From assembly GCA_900088475.1 (NCBI GenBank), contig FLMG01000529.1, forward strand, positions 39,305-103,304: DNA of 64,000 bases. The letters run 5' to 3'. Under the pieces are notes generated by a model that did not search any database, had not been told where the DNA came from, and worked only from the letters and a program-made list of their open reading frames with translations. The DNA is from Hyphochytrium catenoides (taxonomy: Eukaryota; Protista; Hyphochytriomycota). A program made the translations under genes and the position numbers. Below, one piece after another: positions 1 through 12,272 of this stretch; position 1 is the stretch's first letter; each line of letters opens with the position of its first letter.

Positions 1-1055
1 TGTGGCATTACTACTTTAGCCCTCGCATAATGTATCTGCTTTGACTGATTCTTTTAGGAGATGAAGTGGCTTCTTACCCCCTACCGCTCACCGGGATGGA
101 GCCTCGAGATCACAACTTGAAGCCATTTCTGGGGGATCGTCCGCTGAGGTGAGGATGATTCTGAACTCTTCGATGAGATGTTCCTCGGCACCTTTTCCCC
201 CTCAGTTCTGACCCACACCAAAGTTCTCGAAAAAAGAATAACGTCAATGAGTCCATCATCAATGCGGAATACGATCAGAATTTGCAGGGGCAGGGCGCTT
301 TCCGATGCATAACTAAAGAGGAACCATGCGGAATTAGTCGAGGATGGAGTCTGGGTCAAATTGTCGTGTCCCATTGTCTATGTGAGTGGAGGTATATATG
401 CTAAATCATAGAGTTATTTAGTAGAGTACCAAGTGCGAGTGCGGGAACATGGGGAGGGGGGGAAGAATAACGCCAGCCCGCCAAAGGCCGTCTTTTGTTA
501 CTGCGGCAGGGTGGTGATGAACCTTCTCCGATTCCCGTGCCTCTCACATGCTTTGTGAGGGCAAGAAGGAACCTGAACCTTCACCTATCAGTGCGCCACC
601 TAGGCGCTCCTCTGCTCCCTCTTCTCCCGCTCCTGTCACTCGTTCTCCTCCTTGCTGTTCCTCTTCACGGTCACGGACAGCATCATGATGCCCCAGTCTT
701 TCTTACTGTTCTGATTCAGTCAGCACAGCTTTACCTTGCTGCTACCTCCAGGCCGAGTCTGCAGCACCTTCATGAGCTGGGCGATCAGCCTTGACGTGCC
801 CCAGAAATTTGGCACTTGAAGCTCTCTTTCTGTGAGCAAGGTTGCTGGTTGAGCTTAAGCGCGCAAGCGGTTCGCTTTGCAACGAGTTCACAGCGCAGCA
901 TCACTTTGGTTGTCAGCTTTTGATGCTTGGGCGATGGTCTGGTAGTGGAGGGCCCTAGGCTAGAGCTTTCCACCGGGGCGTAAACTGTGCCATCCTCTAT
1001 CCTGCACACTTGGCTCCTTCCGAGGGTTTCGTTTCCTCCCCATCTTCCTTAGAAT

Positions 1056-2913
1056 ATGAAGGCAGATGAGAGCAGCAGTGCATTGCAGCTTGCCGATGGC
1101 GGTAATTCTGATCTTTCCTCACCTAAATGCTTCAAACCCTTATCGGAGGAAGCCTTTGGAGCTTATCTAAACTCACAACAGCATCTGGACTGGCTTCCAC
1201 CAAGGCCCACTGTAGCTGGCCGCGATTTGCTTGAAATTCTTGTTTTCGGCCAAGCAGAGGCAGTGCTGGCGTCATTGGACGTTCTGGATGCTGAAGTCAC
1301 ACACAATGACCACAAGTACCGAAGCTTAAAGGTCTTAGTGGACCCTCTCGAAACTACCTTGCAAGTAGGTCTTACTGTTTCTTGTTTGAAAGGTTGGTGC
1401 ATTGTTTGCTGATGCCATATGTCAACTGTCCGCTTTTTAAAGGTTATGATGCGGGCGGAGGAGCTCATTCGCATTCCCCACGAAGCCTGGGATTTATTTG
1501 TGTACCAGCGTGTTGCTACGGGTGAACTGAAATTGTATGCTCTCCACGGTGGAGAGCTTGTCAAGGAGCTGTACGGAAGTGATCAGAAGAACTACCTAAC
1601 AAAAGATACCAAGCTCTTTCTTGTGGTGAGTCATGCGACAGCCCCATTCTTTGTCTCGGAGTAATAACCAGGAGTGGTTTTAACAGGCCCGAGATGACGG
1701 CGACCACTTTAGGGACCGCTTCCACACCGAAGTCATGAATAGCAGACCGAAACAGTTGATTGCGTTTCCTAAGCCGCAGTTGGACTTCTTGGCGCAGATG
1801 AGCTGGTACGAGTATGCCATGAAAACGTTCCACCTCTTAGGAGGGCCCTCAAGCGGCCCAAGCAATCGTTCGTTGGAGCTGGAAGAAAGGCGCTGGTTTC
1901 AGTACTGCAAGAGCCGCGCTGAGGAATATGAGGCGTTCATGCGCAGTGGGCTTTCCTCTCAAGAAGATGGTCTTAGCCCAGCAGAAAAGCTCTATATCAA
2001 TACAGGATCCCTCTTGCAGCAGACTGGCTTTTCTCCTTTCGAGCGGAAGCTCCTTCAGGCGAATGTACTATACAAGGAGATAAGTGAAGNNNNNNNNNNN
2101 NNNNNNNNNNNNNNNNNNNNNNNNNTGCTGCGCATAGTTGATGGCGGAACAACATGGGGCGATGATGATAACTTCTCCGAGGAAATCGAGGAGGACAATC
2201 GACGCAAGCGGTTCGCATCTGACCCTTTCCTCTACGAGAACAATGCGGATGGCAAGTGGGTCACGGTCTTTGGTGTAGAGCGTGAAGCTGACGGCGGCGA
2301 TTCCTTTGAAGATACTGCATTTATCCGGGTCTTTGACCTGTCAGCGCTCATGCTCAGCACTCTTCGTTACGTGGTCCTAGGTGATGATGATAATCGGCAT
2401 CTGGCGATCGACAACCGGCACTTTCTCTTATTTCTTCTTACTTTGTGCGGTGTCCCCTTGCATTCGATGGAATGGTGCCATCGGAAATGGCTTTTGGAGG
2501 AGGTTGCGAAGGTGGCGAGCGAAAACGATGTGGTGGACTTTCAGAGGAAATGTCGCTCGCCAACGTACGTCTACAGAGACTGTCGACGCTCGTTTGGTAC
2601 CATGTTTGATTTCTTCTCAGCTCCATCACCAAAAAGCAAGGCTGCGTGGGTGTCTCCAAACCTTGGAGCACAATTTTGCAAGACCTTTAATGGTTCTTTT
2701 TCTCTCTCAACCAATTCCCGCGAGCTTGTACCAGAACACCGCGCCATAAACGCATCGCTTCCAGAAGTGGAGTCTTGGGCTGCTTCATCGTCAAATTTGA
2801 AAGACGAATTCTCAGTGGCGAATCATCCAGAGCGCTCAGGGGCAGCCGCTGCGGTAGATCGGACGGGTACAGAGGAATGGAGAAGGCAATTGTATACTCC
2901 AGCTCTGGCCTGA
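1056..2913 (+). CDS. Hypothetical protein, three exons (about 1056-1364, 1443-1625, 1687-2913), spans an N gap
   Basis: ORFs 1056, 1419 and 1735 join in frame through GT-AG introns (CAA|gtaggt...aaag|GTT and GTG|gtgagt...taacag|GCC). No recognisable domain. Confidence 0.6.
2090..2125. other. Assembly gap or masked run (36 N)
   Basis: N run inside an acidic coding stretch. Confidence 0.99.
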
Positions 2914-2957
2914 ACTGCTCGTCGTTTAAAGGACCTACCATTATCAGAGAGGGACTA

Positions 2958-3033
2958 CCAAATGTCCATTTAGGTTCATATGCCAAATGTCCATTTAGGT
3001 TCATATGCCAAATCCCATTTAGGTTCATATGCC
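2958..3033. repeat. Tandem repeat, 25-bp unit x3 (CCAAATGTCCATTTAGGTTCATATG)
   Basis: Two identical copies and a third slightly variant 24-bp copy, head to tail with no spacers. Confidence 0.95.
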
Positions 3034-3311
3034 TGGGTTCGGAGGACTGGGTAGAGGGACATACAGACAAACAGATTTAAAGAGGCGTGGGCGCCAGGCA
3101 CCCGCCCTAACAAGGCGTTGTATTCACAAAATTAACAAGGTTTCCGGCTGCTTGCTCTACGTCCAACTTAGCCCTCTTTCCGTACAGGTTGTTTCCGTGG
3201 TCTAGTCGACCTTCTTGGGTCAGCGCGAAGCTCTGTCCTATAGAATGTTTTTCCTCCGAAGGGGTTGCTACCTGCTGATGAAACTTTCTGTTGCTGGAAT
3301 TGCTCCTAAAG

Positions 3312-4430
3312 TCAATGCTTGTTAGGACTACGGGGGTCAACATGGTCTGCAAAAATATAATGTACCAGTGTCAAGCCTTTGTTCAATAAGGCATCCACAG
3401 TTTGACGGTCATGGAAGTTGCCTCTGGCATCGAGGAGATGAAAACTCCTTTGTCCTCGAATCAAGAGGCTAATGTAGCTCCGCTTGCTTCCCGCTGGAGC
3501 CCAGACATCGGCGAGCGGAAGATATTTCGGCGCTGATAAGTCCTGACAGTACTTCTAAGTTAGTAGTTGCGGACCATCCATAGTTGTAAGAGACCTTTGT
3601 TAGACTTACCCCGAAAAATGTGTGACAAACGAGCTTAATGGTCTTCTTGTCAGGCAACAACGTGAGTCGCGCGACGGAGCGCTGAAAGATGCCACTTCTA
3701 GGTCAATATGTAACTGAAACTAGCCTTTGACAAATAACCCACACCTTAGCGAAGAAGTTCGCGATGCCTATTAAAAGCACGGACGCCCCGAAACCAAGCA
3801 CTGGCCACGCAGGAGAAGCGACAAAGTTTGGAACGTAGCTGGGTAGCTCTATGTTTGCAACTGCAAGTGGCCCAAAGTATGCATGAGTACGAGAGGGTCC
3901 ACACCTGCAAGCTCTATTTCGCACCTGGAAAGTAGTCATCAAGTCCGATCACCACGAAAAAGAACCCACTCTATTATGGGTGAACGTCTGAGTGATAAGC
4001 TCCTAGTCGTATATGAGGACCATATTTCCTTACCTGAATCATTGCTAGCATGGCCAGTCTTGTGAAGTATTTCTGTCATGCAAGGAGCTCTCAGAAAGAG
4101 CCCTGTTCGACGGCAAAGTAGAAGCATTATTACCTTGCGATGGTAATCATATAGGACTGTTCCTTCTCTAGGGTCCGGGCTAGCGAAGCTATTGACCGCC
4201 TTTGACGTAGGCGATGCAAAGTTTCTTGACGGTATCAGGACAACTTGCCCTCTTGTGGCAGCTGGCCCCCACAGGTACGCTGGTCTAGCAGCCATGACTA
4301 AAGGTCTAAAAGATGAAGGGAGTGCTACCCGGCATACCAAGGAATGGGCCACTGGGCCGCTTTTCCTGGCAATAGCAGGCCCCAAGACCTTGTTTCGCGC
4401 TCGAGAGTATCCTTGTACAAATGCTCTCAT
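3312..4430 (-). CDS. TMEM223-like mitochondrial inner-membrane protein (multi-exon)
   Basis: Spliced product has an Arg/Ala-rich presequence, VLYDYHRK, a TM helix (WPVLGFGASVLLIGIANFFAK), then RSVARLTLLPDKKTIKLVCHTFFG and ISLLIRGQRSFHLLDARGNFHD. This parallels the TMEM223 C-terminal pattern as recalled (RSV...VTLTT...FG; LKVKG+RFYFLLDxxGxF). Start (4430 or 4295) and last exon are uncertain. Confidence 0.6.
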
Positions 4431-5305
4431 CTTTCTTACCTAAGATACTTCCGGAATCTTTATGCTCCTGGTAAACAATATAGTTCTGTCAAGGTAGCGG
4501 CCAACCGTGTGCCGCTCCCAACAGTCTGTTCTATAGAATGTCCAATAGCTTTTTTGTCAACAGCAGTGAAGATTATTGGGGTTGTTGGTTGCCAACCGCG
4601 TTCGCAGTAGGACCTCGAGGCAGTGCCATCTCCCCTCCTACCCTCCTCTTCTGGCTTCTGGCTGCAGCAGCTTGGGCTTGGGAGTTCATCAGAAGGGCCG
4701 AGGATCAGAAGCTCACACACTCCCTCTATTAACCAGTAACCGAGAGACAACATGCTCTGATTCAAGCACTTGTGATCTTTTAGGGAAGTAGCAGACGTAC
4801 AGCATGTCATCGTACAACGCACAACCATCATGACATACGTATAACATAAGTCTGACCAGCGCAGTACAGCGATGCCATCATCAAATTTTTATAGAATTCT
4901 AACTTTTTATTTTCTATGGGCAAACGAAGATCAAACAGTGTACACTTAAGAGTACAGTAGTGTAACATCAAACGAGCTCTGCCTTGCATAACAGGGCTTC
5001 TTTTGTCGTCAAGCTGTAGAATGGCCTTATCAGTCAGAGCTCGTTAGTCTTCCTCTTCGCAGCGATCATTGGATTCAGTTCCTCTATCTGCGTCATCCCA
5101 TCGACCTGACAGCACTGCAGCTGCTGGCGATGGTGTGTAGGGAGCCTTGCGACAGAGCTAAGAGGTAGAAGACATGCGCCACGACAAAGACGACGTAAGG
5201 AGTCAGAGTAGTGATCCTTCTGGCCATAAGACTGCAACAGGATCACGCTCACAGACTAACCGCTCAGAAGCTCAGTCTACTTGAGTTACCCATTCGGAGG
5301 GGGGA

Positions 5306-8300
5306 ATGAGAGAAGAAAGGAGAACGGGCAGCGAAGGAAGAGGAACAAGGCCGAAATCCAACAACTCGCAGTCACGACTACAAAGGAGCGATTCTGGAAC
5401 ATGGAGGTGGGCGGCAGCGTTCTAGACATAAGTCTTATATAGATATATATGTGTACGGTTCTGATATGGCGACTATGAAGGCAAGTCTGGGCCAAGTACC
5501 ACTACCTACCAACATCACCAGACAAATGGATCTTCCTTGTCACCCTAGGCATTATCGCTGCCTTACTAGCGTGAGTATTGGCTGTGATCTGGCCGACCAG
5601 TCCGTGATCTTACTCATCTCACATGGTAGGGAGGTTGTAAACAGCGTGATCAAAGAGCTTGAACGGGCGCGTGAAGCAATATATGAGGCTGAGGTAAAGT
5701 TAGCTCCAGCTCTTGTCGAAACACCGTAGTACTGATGATTGTTTGCTGTGCATAACAGTCCATCTATGTCGCGTTCTTTGGGTCGTTGCTCTGGTGCGTT
5801 ATCCTTAGCTTGACGGCCTCGTTAGTAAGCCAAGCACTAAGCCCGGTGGCTGATGGATCAGGTAAGATTTAAAGATATAAAGAACCGAGAACGACACTAA
5901 ATAGGTGGGCAGGCATCCCTGAAATGAAGGTCATCATGAGCGGTAGTAGCACGCGGAGTCACACTCTCAGTAGGAATGTCCTTACGCTGTCAACTTTATG
6001 CGCTAAAGCCACTGGGGCCATCATGGCCATAGGAGGTGGACTCTCTGTGGGCAAAATGGTAAGTAGAAGCGGTGGTATTCAGATCCGGTGCTCGTTAGCT
6101 TGACATCGCTAATAATTCCGTTCATTGGAAGGGTCCCTTTGTGCATATCTCTTGTATCATAGCCCACCAATTAGGAAAGTTACCATTGTTCCGGCACCCT
6201 GACAGCCCTCCGATCAATCGACAGTTCATTGCCGCAGGTAAGCTACTTATGGCTTTTTTCTTCCAAGTGCCTGCGTTCCTAGAAGAAGTCACCCTCACAC
6301 TAACTGCCTCCTCACGTGCTTCTCTCTTATCCCTATGATCACGTCCTGCGATGCCAAAGGAGTGGCAGCAGGTGTTACGTCAGTCTTCGGTGCACCCATC
6401 GGCGGGGTCCTCTTTAGTATCGAGGTTACCAGCACCTATTACTCGGTCAGGTGGGAAGTCTATACACTCATAAAACAACGAGTATGCGCTTATTCGCCTC
6501 GCAGTAACCTTTGGCGGGCTTTCATCTGTGCTGTGAGCTGCGTACTAACTTTTATGTACATCAATGCCTACAAGGTATGACAGTTGATCACTGCATCTAA
6601 AGTCTATGGCACGGCTTCAGTTAAAATACATATACGACAGGAAAGTGAGCTTTTTGTCAAAACCTCTTTCCCGAAGTTTGATGTCAGAAGCGCCGAGATA
6701 TTCTCCTTCACTGTCTTGGGTATGCTCTCCGGGGTAGGTCTCTCGACGCCCACGTCACTGCTCCAGCGCACTTGTTGAAGGCTCCTTTAAGTCGTTTTCT
6801 CCAAATTCTTGCCATACTCTATATCTTCTTTGGCTTTTTTCTCTCTTTTAGTTCAGTTTCACGGTTGCTTTTCCTCAGTCGCTGTATAGAGCTTCTATTT
6901 GAGGGCGTTCAGCTGATATTCTGGGCTGTTACAGCTAGTAAGCGCAAGCTTTGTCTACTCCGTGAAGGCTTATCATCAGTGGCGTTGTTCGCCCAAATAT
7001 GTACGTGCGCCTTCTCAGCATATTCTCTCAGACCCCTAACAAGAGCACTCATTTGCATAGATGCCCCGTACAAGAGCGGGTGTGGTCAGCTTGTTGGCTG
7101 TATTCACGTCAATTCTCACATTTCCCCTCATAGTCCTGCGCAAATCTGACAGAGAGATTCTCAACGAGATGTTCACTGATTTAGAGTTAGCATCTACCGA
7201 CAGGCAGACTTGGAGCTCTATCTCATCGAGCGCTCTTCTCTTCCTCTTTACGGTACGCAGTTTGACCATCTCTTTCCTGTCACCCAGCCTCATATACGCA
7301 TGCGCTCATACGTACGGAAAAGGTTGTAAAGTTCGTTCTTACGGTGGCGCCATGTGGTGTGCCTCTGCCTTGCGGCCTTTTCACTCCAGTCTTTGTTGTG
7401 GGAGCTGCCTTTGGCCGGCTCTATGGAGAGTTACTTAATCTCGTTTTTCCAAGGGAATCCATCTCAGCAGCATGTACGTAGAAGGCTTTATTTACTACCT
7501 CACTTCCAACCCTTACAATCGGAATATGTAGCTTATGCGGTGGTCGGGGCTGCAGCAGTAGCTTCAGGAGCTACTCACACCGTTTCGACAGCGGTCATCG
7601 TCTTTGAACTGACAGGCCAACTTTCTCACATGATCCCCGTCATGCTCGCTGTGCTCCTAGCGTATTCAGTAGCTGGCTTCTTCACCAGTTCGGTCTATGA
7701 CTTGTTGCTGGAGATGAAGGGCTTGCCCTATCTTCCCGCTTTGAAAAATGACAGTACACGTGAGGTCCCTGTGCATGTGAGTGTGAAACATCTGAACTAA
7801 TAAAATGACTCACTCCTGTCTTTTCATCCCGTAAACCTCTACGTTCCGCAACTCTGTTAACCTAAGCCTCCTTATATTAACATTTTTAGGCTGTGATGAG
7901 AAAGCAGTTTGAGTTCCTCACTATACGAAGCACGTACCAGGAAGTGCTAGACTTGGTACGTTACGTAATTGGGAAGCGACGGGTCAAGGGTAGAGCTACG
8001 ACTAATTCTTTCGCCAATGGTCTAGCACACATGAAAGACTATTTCTCATTCTTCCTATCGCTTATCATGCTAACTTGAGGTGGAACTCACTGACGCAGCT
8101 GCAATCAAGTTCATTATCCCCCTATTTGGACAACTTTCCCCTGGTCAAGGACGCGAAGGGTATGATCCTAATGGTAGGTATATACCCTCGACTTTAATTC
8201 TGGGATGGATCCTGATCTCTACGTCTACGGTTCTTGACCTATAAAACCAACTTCCTGAATTGGGCCCTTGTGAGCTAACTCAGTTTCAAACTCAATACCT

Positions 8301-9283
8301 CGCGGTTCCGCCTTCTTGAGGCACACACCAATTCGCCCAACACTCTATTATCGACTGTAAAACACTCTTTGTCTGTTGATGACCCCTACCAGGGAGCTGT
8401 CAAACGCTCTGATTTGGAAGCCGTTGTCAGAGCTAAAGGCAAGCTTTCGAGAAAAATGGTGAGCAATAAAGGATGACATGGTTGCGCCAATATGTCGTCG
8501 CTAACGGTTTTCTAGATGGAAGGAGTGGACCCGGGCACAGGACGAATGGCGAGGCACAACAAGTCCCTTAAGCACCGGCGGAAGGGCCCGAACTCACCAA
8601 ATGACCCTTCTCCAGAAGAGCACCCTCTCATCCGAGACGGTGACGATCAGCTGCCACCAGACGACGCTAAGGAAGCTGCTCTAACCGTATTGTCTCCGCG
8701 AAGAGCTCAAAAACGAACTCCTCCAATGGATGAGGAGCGAGGTTTGGAAGGTAAATCCTATTCGGGAGTTATGCGTTCGATAGGTTATAACAGCCACCTA
8801 CTATTAGAGGAGGGATCCCGCCACAGTGCTGCCGAGTCGAACGACAATGCTTTCTTCTCTTCCGTGGTAAGAGTGTGCAACATAGCCTCTGAGTTTATTT
8901 CTATAATTCTCACCCTCCCTTCGCATCTATCTGCTACTCAGGTGCACTTTGGGAAACCTCTAAACAGTGGATCAACCGCATACACTGCTATCACTATCGA
9001 TCCTTCTCCTCCTCAGGTGCCCTCCCTGATGCCTCTAGGCCAGTTACACAGTATGCTGGCAGCTTGTCTCTGGACTGGAGTGTATGTGCTTGAGGCAGGA
9101 AAGCTGGTTGGGGTGTTGGATGTCGACGATCTCTGCCGGCGGAGAAGCCGATGGAGTGGGAGTGACAACTATGGGCCCACGCCTCTGTCTCCTCCTAGTA
9201 TGGAGCTTGCCAACAGCTTCGACGAAGAGCAATTGATTGACAGGGCTGACTTGCGATCTCTATCTCAGTCTCCTCGAGTTTAA
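5306..9283 (+). CDS. CLC-family chloride channel with C-terminal CBS domains (multi-exon)
   Basis: Spliced motifs GSGIPEMK, GK(M)[72 protein letters not shown] and SVYD...KGLPYL, followed by CBS-like segments. Start codon inferred. Confidence 0.95.
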
Positions 9284-9312
9284 GGAGCCTGGAAGCGTTA
9301 GGCTGAGCGGCA

Positions 9313-11527
9313 CTACTTTTTCCGCAAACCGTACTTCCTGGGCGACTTCGCAGCTCCCCGCTGAAAGTGCTTAGCCTGCACTTTGTGGCCTCTTGAGGAG
9401 GCAGCTTTCTTTCCTCTTGGGCCACGACCAGAAGCACCCCCAGTAAAGCCTTTACTTTTAGCTGATCTGAACCTGAGTGCAGCCTCTTGCCGGCGGCCTC
9501 CAGAATCGCGGACTGGTTGGGCCATTGATGCAGCGGGCCTCGCACCCCTTGCCTGTCCTTTTACCGCCATTTTTCCTTTACCCCTCGTCTTGCGCGGCAG
9601 GGTACCTTGCCTACTCGCCTTTTTGTTGCTCTTGAGCTTTGCAGGATGAGAACTGGCGGGACTCGTCCGTCTCCCCTCTGTCAATCCAGCAGAAGCGACC
9701 TTATTAGGCAGCTTTGGAATAGGAGCAGTGTATCTTTCTTCTTCTTGTGAATCTTTCTGATTATAACGGCTTGACAGCCGCCGAGTGCGTTTATGTTCCC
9801 CGGGCTCCCCCTTCGCCGCCCTCACGCTGCGGCCAGGGCGGGCAATATCACCTCCTCGGATTCTGGTACCAGAAGATTCACCCTCAACTAGTGAGGACTT
9901 AATCATGGCTCCTTGCTCCTCTAGGGCCCTCTTTATTGTACCGATAAGCTGCTGGTCTTTTGATGTGTAAAGGACCGTCACGTGGCCCTTCCTGCCAAAC
10001 CTGGCGGTTCGCCTACAGGGTTCAAAATAAGACAAGAACATTATCAGTGGGCATATTGCCACAATGGCGGAGCTAATGGAACAGTAAGAGGCTTACTGAC
10101 CCTGCGCGGTGCAAGTAGTCTGTGATGGTCTTTGGCGCTTCCAACATAACGACATGATCAATATCGGAAATATCGAGTCCTCTGGCAGCCACGTCCGTTG
10201 ATAGAAGGATGTCGACAGAACCATCCAAGAACTTCTGGAAGTTCAGATCACGGAAGTAGGCGGGCATGTCACTGTGAAGATTTACAGCCGGGAGGCCATT
10301 CTCTGATAAATAATGAGCAGCGGCTTGCGCCACAGGCCCTGAGTTGCAAAATACTAGTGTCTTGCGAGACTGCTTCCCCGTAAGAACAGTAGCCAGTGTA
10401 CGAAACCGTTGCGCTGGAGCCTAAGAACGTTAGTCAGTTTCAACGCACATTTGGAAGCAGTGTTAGCCACTAGTAAGGGTATTCTTAGGTCTCTTGGGGC
10501 AGTACCGTCTTGACAAAGTCTTGCTGAAGACGTTTGGGCGCCTGATGAACAGTTGTGCCTGTGACCTACGTATGTTACGTGAGTTACCTCCAGCTACCAG
10601 CCTTTGAGTGAATAATCTTACCACTTCAATCCCCGCGAAGGACTTCTCTATGACCTTGTCAAGCGGGGATTGTACAGTCGCGGCGGCCAGAATGAACTGT
10701 GGCTTCCGTCCACGGTACTCTGCTCCTTTTCTAACGTTATCAACTATGGTCTCCACGTCCTGCTTGAAACCAAGAGCTTTGCTAAACATAGTGTCGGCCT
10801 CATCGATGGCAACCCAAGAGCAATACGACAGATGGAGACGCTCAAATTTGCGATGCGTCAGCAGACGTCCTGGGGTCGCAACGAGTAGGTCAAAAGGCTT
10901 TCTTAGGTCTGACTTCTGCCGGCCGATATCGCTGTTCCCTGTTGCAACTACCGCCCGGAACTTCACGTGATGCGCCAGCATACCAGCCACCGATGCAACC
11001 TGCCGGGCGTCTTCAATAGTCTTAAGGGAGATATAGATTTTTGATAGTCTCACCTGCTCAGCGAGCTCCTTGCTTGGGACTAACACCAAACCCAGGGGCC
11101 GACCTGGCTTATCGTGAATGCCATGAAGAGCTTCCCATCGCTTCAACTGGTGAATAATAGGCAAAAGGAAAGCCAGAGTCTTCCCTGTTCCTGTTTGCGC
11201 GACACAGAAGACATCTACGAAGGAGATAGGGGTCAGTTAGGAAATTTTTTCTCATGCTGATGTTAAATCAACAACTGGCTGATGCAAGCAGCTGCACTTA
11301 CCCTTTCCTGATAGAGCTTCCTCTACTGTTCTAGCTTGAATCTCAGTAAGTGAACTGATATTGGCATTCGCAAGTGCCGCCTTGATCTGAGGTAGGAGCT
11401 GGTCAAGCGTCGATGACGGAGTGTGCCCGAACCTCACACCACTGATATCGCTCCAGAACCGTGACCGTTTGACAGGCAGCAGTCCTCTGGAAGCGAAGCC
11501 CCTCCGCAACAAAGCTCCAGGAATCAT
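9313..11527 (-). CDS. DEAD-box RNA helicase, probably organellar (DDX28/RH39/RH50-like)
   Basis: Q-motif LTEIQ, motif I AQTGTGKT, Ia PSKELA, TPGRL, DEAD, motif III as AAT, STDVAARGLDI and HRAG|RTAR. N-terminus resembles a presequence (MIPGALLRRGFASR); long basic C-terminal tail. Confidence 0.92.
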
Positions 11528-11851
11528 TATAGGATGTTGCAAGGGTACTCTTGTCCCTAGCTGGCCCAAGCAGAGCTCCGTCCGCTATTGAAAGAATGAG
11601 AGATCAGGTGGTGAAGTCTGCAGGTAACGCTTCTGCTGGCTGGTGGAGAGACAAGAAACCAACCAAAAAAGCTGCGGGAGTTCGCATCCACTTCTCATAG
11701 GTAACCCGGTTACTGACCCTTGTTTGCCGGTTCTCGAGGTACACATAAGTACTTCAACACAAGTCATGATTATGGGCTACCCGGGTTGATTGTGAGGCCA
11801 GGGCGGGACGGTTGTCTGTTCAAAAAGAAAAACGAGAAAGAAAGAGAAAAC

Positions 11852-11960
11852 GGAGAGGGAGAGAGGGAGAGAGGCAGAGAGAGAGAGACACACAGAGAGA
11901 GAGACAGAGAGAGAGAGAGAGCGACACACACAGAGTGACAGAGAGAGAGAGAGAGAGAGA
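11852..11960. repeat. Imperfect (GA)n/(CA)n microsatellite in a divergent intergenic region
   Basis: Directly visible GA-dinucleotide tract. Confidence 0.95.
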
Positions 11961-12272
11961 CGAAGAGAGGAAGAGTAAGAGTTAAAAAGAGTTCCTGTTC
12001 CAGCTCCGTTCCTCATCGGCACATTAGATCAAAGGCGCCAAACTCTATCTGCTGCATATCGCCACCAAGCTTTCGGTCATCTAGCAATAGTATCAGGGCA
12101 ACGACTCGACCCTCAAACCCTCTTCCTCCTGCCACCCCAGAGGAACGTTCCAGTGTCTCCATAAGCTTAGCGCTCTTGGAAAATCTCTACAAGGTCGCGA
12201 AAGGCCTCTTCGAGGGTTCGATCGAGCCGTAAGCAGGTTCTGGTTGATCATCAGCACCTATCTACGGTAGCA

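Noticed and set aside
1-1020. Short ORFs at 81-374 (-), 495-794 (+) and 785-1009 (-)
   Set aside because: No consistent spliced model or recognisable motif could be built. A gene running off the window edge is possible but unsupported.
2958-3033. Possible CRISPR array or telomeric repeat
   Set aside because: The units are contiguous with no spacers, no cas genes are present, the context is eukaryotic, and there are no tandem TTAGGG-type units.
11720-12022. ORFs with ERER/LSLS repeats
   Set aside because: Translation artefacts of the GA microsatellite.
12205-12235. GGTTCGATC B-box-like motif
   Set aside because: No cloverleaf can be formed around it.
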